DNA from: the human T2T-CHM13v2.0 reference genome, Homo sapiens
DNA length: 64,000 nt
Direction: 5' to 3' (one strand)
Assembly: GCF_009914755.1 (NCBI RefSeq)
Contig: NC_060933.1
How positions within the stretch are numbered: the stretch's first letter is position 1; each line of letters begins with the position of its first letter. The translations under genes were made by a program, and so were the position numbers. Under the pieces are notes generated by a model. That model saw only the letters and a program-made list of their open reading frames with translations, searched no databases and was not told the DNA's origin. Positions 55,011-64,000 of this stretch are shown here, one piece after another.

Positions 55011-57421
55011 ATTATATTTTCTATTATAGTGCTTAAGTTGACTCCATCACTTACGTATCATCAAAGTATTAAAACTACTTACGTAGCAAACTTTAAATTT
55101 GAAAAAAAAAGTTTCCAGCATTTTCATGTTTGATGATTTATTACTTGGAAAGTGTCATATGAAAAGTATAAATATCAGTCAGACATTACAGTTTTCTTAG
55201 CTTCCATGATAATATGAGGACCAGAAAACAAGTTGAAAGGATTCTTTGAGTTTAGTGAGAATCCAAAAACAATCCTAGAAGGAAAAAGAGAAGAGGCAAC
55301 TGAAGTTGAAATAAACTGATGTACTAGGAAACAAAGTACATCAAGAAATAGACTTAACAAAGAAATCAAACAATAGACTTTCTTGAGACAGTCCACAAGA
55401 TTTTAGAGCCAGCCAATGTGACGTACCACACAGCCCAGACAAACAGCCCCTGTCTTGAATTTGTATTCCTCTGAGTATTAAAAAAAAGGTGAGCTATCTA
55501 TTAATTACCATAGACAACAAAAGAAAAACAAACACATTAATGAGTAATGCATTTATTGAAGTCAGGTTAAAGAAAGAAAAAGTAAATATTTCAAATGCCA
55601 GACTCCATGCAGTTTTGAGGGCTGTTGACACTATGGTCTCTGTGAATAACACCCCCTGGAGCTGCATAGTACACAGCCTACATGGCCATGGGGGTGGCCC
55701 TGAGTGCGCCCACCTATGAAAATTGTTATACAGAATATAGAAAGAAAATAAATAGAAAGATGAATTTTGAGGTGAGTATCATAATTTGCCTTGCAAAAGG
55801 CTTTCATTTTATAAAACACCATATGACCAGTAGTCTTTAAATGGCAAGTACCCACAACGCATTTAAAATGATTCCATTTACAAAACATCACAGGGAACGT
55901 AACTTTTCAGGAACATATCTCTAACATAGCCAGAGATTAGAAATAACAATAAGTTAGAAAAAAAGCCTCATGGATAGGAACCTGTCCAGCAGGAACCAAG
56001 ATGTAGGATCCAAGTGTTAGGTATGGTAAGATTTAAGCAAGAGGTGCATATAAGATTAATAATAAACATAAGCCTAGAACAAAGCTTGAGTTAGAACTAC
56101 TAGAAAAAAAAATTAAGTTGAGAGGCCAGGCTGGAAAAGGTAATTACTACAGATGTTAAAACTGGCTCTTCCCAGGATGACTAAATAAACTCACTAGTTC
56201 TCTAACTCTCTTAACAGGGAAAAATGCTGACCAATGACCTTCACATATCACAAAGCCAGCAAGTGAATCAAAGGTGGGCCAACAGATTACTCTTTTTTGG
56301 TTTAAGCATTCCACCTGTTAGCCAAGGAAAGAAATGAAGAAGTAAATCTGTAGGTTTTTTTTTTTTTCATTTGTTTCCTTCCTTCCTTCCACTAATCTAG
56401 TCTGTGACTCGCTCATCGATAGCTATGAGTAACATGGCATCAGAAGACAACTCTACAGCATTTCATATTTTCAACAAAATAGTGTAACTGATTTTAGAGT
56501 TTTAAATCATTCCTTCAAGGAAGTAGATTAAAGAAGAGATAAAAATCCACCAAAATTAGCAGACCATCCAAACATACTGAGATACAAAACTAGAGCTATT
56601 CATATCTCAATGAATAGTGACACCTACTTAGGATATGCAGACTAAGAAATCCATGACAGAAATATGTGCAAAACCTGCATGTGGGCAAAAAACAATGCAA
56701 AATAAAACTAGCAAATGACAAACAATAAACCCAGGATGTGAAGTATGCTCATATTACCAGAAAGAAAATAAAAGGAAAAGCAATGAGAACTTGTAAACGA
56801 TAAAATAGTACCTAGAATGCCAGGGACAATTAATTTTCTATTTCCAATGCAACAAAGAGATGAACTGCCACAGCCCAGAGACAAGAGATTTTGTTTGAGT
56901 AAGCTAAGAAATTATTTACCCAAAGAAATATCCTTTTGAATGAAAAAATTAACCAGTAACTCTTCAATGAACAGTGAAAGAACTATGTCCCAACATCACT
57001 CTGATCACATGAAGAAATGAAGCCATGGGTGGAGACAACTCAGAACCTTGGAAGACCAGCCGGATGGTGCCAGTAACATTCCCCAGCATCATTTGATAGT
57101 GTCCACAGTACCTTCAACTTTATTTTGGAGTTCAAAAAGTAAGGGCAAGGTCAGGTGCCAGAAGCAGATCTGAGGTTAAAACCTAAGACTTTGGAGTCTC
57201 TATTATCTGAGAAAGAAGTGATAGTTAACAGACGGACTGCAGGAACTTTTCTCGGGTTCATTCATTCCTCTATTCTGAGCACTTAGAATAGGGCCTTAAC
57301 CAGTAGGCACTCAGTGACATGTCTTACATATGTTAAAAGAATAAATTATTTTTCCCTTGATCTCCTCTGCTGCTATTCAATGCCATTTCCTCATGTTCTG
57401 TTCACATAAAGTCCCTCATAA

Positions 57422-57493
57422 CAACAGAGAATAGCTGTTTGAGATGCTACACAAAGATGTAGCATCTCAACAGAGAATAGCTGTTTGAGATGC
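57422..57493. repeat. 26-bp direct repeat with an embedded 13-bp hairpin
   Basis: CAACAGAGAATAGCTGTTTGAGATGC at 57422-57447 and 57468-57493; stem 57439-57451 / 57458-57470. Confidence 0.95.
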
Positions 57494-58323
57494 CTTCCAA
57501 AATTTTAAGCCTGACATTAAGTTGCTCCCTCAGTCTTCCGTTCACACTGCCTACCTGTTTCTTTTTTTTTTTCTGCTACCTACAAATGTAACACTTGAGA
57601 TGCACTTCATATAATATTTAAATGATATTTAACATCCGGAGTGCTTTTCATCTTTAGAGCTTCTTGAAAATAAAGTTAATTTAATAAGAAGATTGCAGTG
57701 AAGGAACACGCTCTTATCTAAAGCACCACACATGAGTAACAAGGATAGAGAAAGTAATTGGACAAGTATATACTTTCATATGGAAACATTCTTGCTCAAC
57801 TGTGCTCTGCTGTCATAAAAACTGTTTAAATGCCAAATTTGAACAGGGCAAGCTCAGTGAACCACGTCCCTTTTATGTTGAAGACTTTCCTTAAACTGAA
57901 AGTAGCCAGCTGTGTTTGCAATTGGCTAACTGTTCATCATAAAGAAAGAAGAAAAAATCTGTGTTTTAAAAACTAAAAAAAAAAAACTTCATATTGACTC
58001 TCAGGGAGTGTCACATAATATGTTCTCAACATCATGCTATATGTTTTAGTTAATGTCTTTACTGGGCTGCCAAGTAAATGTATTTTAAAGGACATTAAAT
58101 TCATGTTCTATAGGGGGGAAGAAGTAGAGGGGAGGATGCTTCTGCTTCCAAGCATCATTATTCAGGTTGATGACTAAAGCACGAGACAATTTCAGAATAT
58201 ATATGTCTCTCTAGAAGGGGGATACATCTCCCAATTTAGGTAGTTGAATCAATTACCCATTACCTTACACTTCATGCATTTATGTTTTGAATATTCTTAT
58301 GTAGCAAGAATCCCTCTAGTTAC

Positions 58324-58422
58324 CTTTCTTTCTCTCCCTCCCTTCCTCCTTTCCTCCCTTCCTTCCTTCTCTCCTCCCTCCCTCCTCCCTCCCTCTCCCT
58401 TCCTCTCTCTCTCTCTCTTTTT
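58324..58422. repeat. CT-rich polypyrimidine low-complexity tract
   Basis: About 100 bp containing only C and T. Confidence 0.9.
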
Positions 58423-58582
58423 CTGGTTTTGTCTGGAGAATGGATTTAATTGAAAAGCTAGAAAAAATTACCTTACACTTAAGCCCAAATAAATGTTTCC
58501 AAATATAAGTAAACATTGTCATAAAGTTTATTACATATACAGAAACCATAATAAAAATAATACATACCATTACTTTTTTGCA

Positions 58583-59085
58583 TGTGCTATCAGTTAGCTG
58601 TAGCTGTCACAAACCACCCCCAAAACACAGTGATTAAAAATAATAATCTTTTCATTGTTGTTGTTGTTGTTTTCATAAGTCTAAATAGACTCTCCAGGTT
58701 CAGCTGGGAAGTCCCAATGATCTTGGCCCAGCTCAACTGATCTCAACTGTGTTCACTCATACAACCATTACAGACTGGTAAGGGCCTGCCTAGTCTATGA
58801 CTAGGCTCTATTCCACAGAGTGTCTCATTTACCTCTAGGGTAATTCCAGGCATGTCTTGATGGTGGCAGCAGGAATCCAAAAGAGAGTACAGAACATGCT
58901 AGGCCTTTCAACACTAAGGTCAGAAATGGTACCCCTCAGAATAGTACTCTATGGAACAAAGTAAGTCTCAAGGGGTGGGAAATAATTCCACCCCTTGATA
59001 GGAAAAATTGCAAATCACATTGTAAGAGGCATGGATACAACAAAATATAAAAAACTAGGGCAATTTAGGCATTCCATCTGCCACA
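58583..59085 (-). mobile_element. MaLR solo LTR (MLT1H-like), antisense
   Basis: atcagttagctgtagctgtcacaaaccacccccaaaacacagtgattaaa...catctgccaca. Confidence 0.7.
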
Positions 59086-60399
59086 TATGCCTATTATTTC
59101 CAAAGACATTACATACTTTAAACGCATTGCTTAAAATATACACAACCCCATGGGATAGGAAGAGTTAATTAATGCTTAAGGAAGTAAGATGATAACCTTC
59201 TAATATCACACAGCTAACCTTCATAAAAAGAAAAAAATCAATTTACATTTTGCAAAGGTCATTTGTATAATCTCTCCTTTTAATTTAGACAATGGAAGTG
59301 GGATTTAGACAATGGAATTTAGACAAAGCAGAGTGTATTCCATGTTACAAATGGTACTTAGAAAGGTAGAGTGAATTGGGAAAACTTCAGTCTTCTCTCT
59401 CCATGACCAGTGCTCCTTCCACATCTTGCTGCTTCATAATCCCAAAGTAAATAATGACTTGCAGCATTTCCAAACACCACAGAACCAAAGTATATCTTCA
59501 AATAGGTCTACACATATATGTCACAATCTCAAAAGTAGCTGATATTGCTGAAAGTAATCCAAAAAAGACCACTAGATTATGTGGAAGTCTTAACACCAAA
59601 TGACCAAGTTCCTGAAGGCTTTTTAAAAAATAAACACAATGTATGTTCATCTTCATTAGCCCAAACCAAACTTTCCAGGTCAATCACTTTTTTTTTCACC
59701 CACCTTTGAACACAACCAGATTATGATAGTAAGTTCCCATTTCACCTTGGAAAAATTAGTTTATTTCTCACATTCCAATTTTCTCATTTATAAAATGAGC
59801 AAACTGAACTATACAGACTTCAAGAGCACTTTTACAGACTATTCTCAAACTGTAGATAACCAACACCTATAAAAATTATCAATTATTACTATTTTTAACA
59901 ATTCCACTTAAATTACCATTAAACTCTATAACTCTGCTTTTTCTTCAATTTTACAGCTTGTCAATGCTGCAATTTATGTCACCAAAAAAATAAAGAAAAG
60001 GAAATGCAACTTCCATTTATTATTTTAAGTGATCCATAAAGGCATCTTACATGGTGAAATAGGAATGGTTCGGGTCACATATATAGAACCAGGGATTAAT
60101 ATAAACACGCTGAAACTTAACAACCTTCTCACCCTTGCCAAACTTGAAATTTTATAACTAATGTACAAAATGAAATTAAAATAACCCCCCAGAAAGTAAA
60201 AAGATCCAGAAAATTGCTGTTCTTCTGGGATACTAGCCATCAGAATAATACTTCTAAAATGATTGGAAAGACCTGCATTTGCACTAAGATAGTTCATTAT
60301 TAGTATGGTTGACGCTTCATTTCCAGAATATCTTAGCATTAAGCAACAAGTTAAAAGTAACATTATATACTAAGGCATACTAGCTACAGTCAGGGGTTT

Positions 60400-60820
60400 T
60401 AGAAAGATTGTCTGCATCCTGGCTTCACCACTTTCTAGGCAATGCCAATTTTCTCATTTATCATATAGGGCTGCTAACAATGCCTACCGAATATAGCTGT
60501 TTTGAGAATTAAATGAGATAAGACACACAGCATAGCACTTGGCCCATAAGAAAGACCATAAAAATGGCAAATTGTTGTGTATGACAATAATAATAAAATT
60601 GTAGCTTACAATTTTAAACGGTTTTCATATAGACTCCATTTGGTTTTTATACACACACAAATTTCAACTACAGACAGAGAAATCATTGTTGTCTCCCCAG
60701 AGTTTCAAATGAGGTTAAGTTCCTTGTACCAACTCACAAAGCTAGCAAAATAGTAGAGCTAAAATCTGAACCAAGATTTCTGAGAGCAGGTCGAGTACTC
60801 TCCCTGCTGTATCACAGTCC
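60400..60820. mobile_element. Two adjacent MIR remnants in opposite orientation
   Basis: Plus core ttttctcatttatc...gagaattaaatgagataa, then minus core gaggttaagttccttgtaccaactcacaaagctag. Confidence 0.55.
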
Positions 60821-61451
60821 TACAATAAAATTTTCCTTCACAATCAATTCACTTTCATAGATAATTACATATAAGTCCAGTGAAATTCTAATTACATCTT
60901 TAAAAATGAATATATACACATGGATCACCCTGCTGGAGAACTGAGCAAAAACAATTATAAATCAAATTCCTGTGAAGTGAATCATCTTTTTCCATTGCAT
61001 CTTATAAGAAAACAAGAATACAATTTAACCTGATATCTATTGATAAGCAAAATCAAAATCTAGAATGTTATATTCTGGTAATATTTTAATCTCTAAGCAT
61101 ACTATTTATATTCAAACCTCTGGTCGTTCACTCTGTCATTAAATTTTTCAATCCAATTTGTGCCTAGTTCATAGAAATATCTAACAGTTCCAAATTAGAA
61201 ACATAATGAATTTATTAATTTTCTTTAGCCTTTTCCAACACTAATAGAATTTTACAAAACAGGTTTCAAACTATAACTTTGCATTATATTGTTAGGTGCT
61301 TAAGTGGGAAATACATCAAATCTATTTTCTATTGAAATGAAAACTCTGGTGTACATATATAAAAATTAATCCTATCTCATTTGCCTTGTAAATTCAATGG
61401 TCTAGGTATGTAATGTCATCTGAAAATGGGAAAGTATACATTTCAATTTTT

Positions 61452-63735
61452 TTTTTTTTTTTTTTTTGCTTATTATGTCAGTTGGAAAGCCAGAAGGAAA
61501 CTGGTTTTAACTCTTAATATAACCTGTATCATGACACCATCACTTTACCAGAAATGTAGCTGATGTCAGCATAAGACTGAGACAGTTTACATTTAAAACT
61601 GTTGTTTCCTTTCCAACTATTTTCTTTTTTTTTTCCAAATAAAAAGTTATTTATTTATGTATTTATTTTTTGACAGAGTCTTTTTTTTTTTTTTTTTTTT
61701 TTATTGATCATTCTTGGGTGTTTCTCGCAGAGGGGGATTTGACAGGGTCATAGGACAATAGTGGAGGGAAGGTCAGCAGATAAACAAGTGAACAAAGGTC
61801 TCTGGTTTTCCTAGGCAGAGGACCCTGCGGCCTTCCGCAGTGTTTGTGTCCCTGGGTACTTAAGAGTAGGGAGTGGTGATGACTCTTAACGAGCATGCTG
61901 CCTTCAAGCATCTGTTTAACAAAGCACATCTTGCACCGCCCTTAATCCATTTAACCCTGAGTGGACACAGCACATGTTTCAGAGAGCACAGGGTTGGGGG
62001 TAAGGTCACAGATCAACAGGATCCCAAGGCAGAAGAATTTTTCTTAGTACAGAACAAAATGAAAAGTCTCCCATGTCTACTTCTCCCTACACAGACACAG
62101 CAACCATCCGATTTCTCAATCTTTTCCCCACCTTTCCCGCCTTTCTATTCCACGAAACCGCCCCGATTTCTCAATCTTTTCCCCACCTTTCCCGCCTTTC
62201 TATTCCACAAAACCGCCATTGTCATCATGGCCCGTTCTCAATGAGCTGTTGGGTACACCTCCCAGACCGGGTCGTGGCCGGGCAGAGGGGCTCCTCACTT
62301 CCCAGTAGGGGCGGCCGGGCAGAAGCGCCCCTCACCTCCCGGATGGGGCGGCTGGCCAGGCGGGGGGCTGACCCCCCCACCTCCCTCTCGGATGGGGCGG
62401 CTGGCCAGGCAGAGGGGCTCCTCACTTCCCAGTAGGGGCGGCCGGGCAGAGGCGCCCCTCACCTTCCGGACAGGGCGGCTGGCCAGGCCGGGGGCTGACC
62501 CCCCCCCCACCTTCCTCCCAGACAGGGCGGCTGGCCGGGCAGAGGGGCTCCTCACTTCCCAGTAGGGGTGGCCGGGCAGAGGCGCCCCTCACCTCCCGGA
62601 CGGGGTGGCTGGCCCGGCGGGGGGCTGACCCCCCCACCTCCCTGCCGGATGGGGCGGCTGGCCGGGCGGGGGGCTGACCCCCCCACCTACCTCCCAGACG
62701 GGGCGGCTGGCCGGGCGGGGGGCTGACCCCCCCCACCTCCATCCCGGACGGGGCGGCTGGCCGACCGCCCCGCCTCCCTCCCGGACGGGGCGGCTGGCCG
62801 GGCGGGGGGCTGACCCCCCCACCTCCCTCCTGGACGGGGCGGCTGGCCAGGCAGAGGGGCTCCTCACTTCCCAGTAGGGGCGGCCGGGCAGAGGAGCCCC
62901 TCACCTCCCGGACGGGGCGGCTGGCCTGGCGGGGGGCTGACCGCCACCTCCCTCCCGGACGGGGTGGCTGCCGGGCGGAGACGCTCCTCACTTCCCAGAC
63001 GGGGTGGCTGCCGGATGGAGGGGCTCCTCACTTCTCAGACGGGGCGGTTGCCGGGCAGAGGGTCTCCTCACTTCTCAGACGGGGCGGCCGGGCAGAGACG
63101 CTCCTCACCTCCCAGACGGGGTCGCGCCGGGCAGAGGCGCTCCTCACATCCCAGACGGGGCGGTGGGGCAGAGGTGCTCCCCACATCTCAGACGATGGGA
63201 GGCCAGGCAGAGACGCTCCTCACTTCCTAGATGGGATGGCGGCCAGGCAGAGACGCTCCTCACTTCCCAGACGGGGTGGCGGCCGGGCAGAGGCTGCAAT
63301 CTCGGCACTTTGGGAGGCCAAGGCAGGCGGCTGGGAGGTGGTTGTAGCGAGCCGAGATCACGCCACTGCACTCCAGCCTGGGCACGGTTGAGCACTGAGT
63401 GAACGAGACTCCGTCTGCAATCCCGGCACCTCGGGAGGCCGAGGCTGGCGGATCACTCGCGGTTAGGAGCTGGAGACCAGCCCGGCCAACACAGCGAAAC
63501 CCCGTCTCCACCAAAAAAATACGAAAACCAGTCAGGCGTGGCAGCGCGCGCCTGCAATCGCAGGCACTCAGCAGGCTGAGGCAGGAGAATCAGGCAGGGA
63601 GGTTGCAGTGAGCCGAGATGGCAGCAGTACAGTCCAGCTTTGGCTGGGCATCAGAGGGAGACCGTGGAAAGAGAGGAAGAGGGAGACCGTGGGGAGGGAG
63701 GGAGAGGGAGAGGGAGGGGGAGGGGGAGGGGGAGC
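61452..63735 (-). mobile_element. Full-length SVA retrotransposon with 3'-transduced sequence
   Basis: Hexamer-like head about 63668-63735, Alu-like about 63290-63650, GC-rich VNTR about 62265-63290, SINE-R about 61703-62260. 15-bp TSD TACATTTCAATTTTT at 61437-61451 and 63736-63750. Confidence 0.98.
61468..61680 (-). other. 3' transduction carried by the SVA (213 bp, apparently two segments)
   Basis: Non-SVA sequence between T-runs 61447-61467 and 61681-61702, inside the TSDs, with an internal T10 run at 61625-61634. Confidence 0.9.
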
Positions 63736-64000
63736 TACATTTCAATTTTTACAACATTGTACTTAATCAGTTTCATTATCAACTTCATACTTTAAGAAAT
63801 GCATTAAAATTAAAAATATTTAAAAATGTTTCTTCTTTATTAAAGAGCAGTCAGTGTTGAATCATAATCTAGAGATTTTTAGCACAAGCAACAGATTAAA
63901 AAGTCATCAGACAGATGGCCAAGATAACTACAATAAAGTGTACAAAATATATGATTATAATAATTAAATATTTTAATTGCTAGTAATTACTGTAAATTAC

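Noticed and set aside
62265-63290. Repeat array superficially like CRISPR or a CpG-island promoter
   Set aside because: It is the SVA VNTR: no unique spacers, no cas genes, eukaryotic context.
61708-63860. Many long overlapping ORFs (up to 189 aa)
   Set aside because: Translations of the GC-rich SVA VNTR, Alu-like and SINE-R regions; not genes.

Overview
AT-rich hominid (human or great-ape) genomic DNA, not prokaryotic; the SVA element fixes the lineage. I recognise no intact protein-coding gene, rRNA, tRNA or CRISPR array, and most ORF-track entries are translations of repeats or chance ORFs. The window is dominated by transposons: a two-LTR MER51-type ERV1 provirus with gag, integrase and env remnants (444-6426), several L1 copies, about 15 Alu/FLAM copies, MaLR and LTR18 solo LTRs, MER5, MIR and L2 fragments, and a full-length minus-strand SVA (61452-63735). 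The TSDs of that SVA enclose what looks like two successive 3' transductions. Several good minus-strand splice-site pairs (47130-47189, 41402-41628, 40961-41202), a duplicated minus-strand poly(A)-signal module and the mostly plus-strand orientation of long L1/ERV copies suggest an unidentified minus-strand transcription unit. Repeat subfamily names come from recalled consensus features and need RepeatMasker/Dfam confirmation; boundaries of old repeats are approximate. I found no convincing wholly new biological system, only the structural oddities listed as findings.
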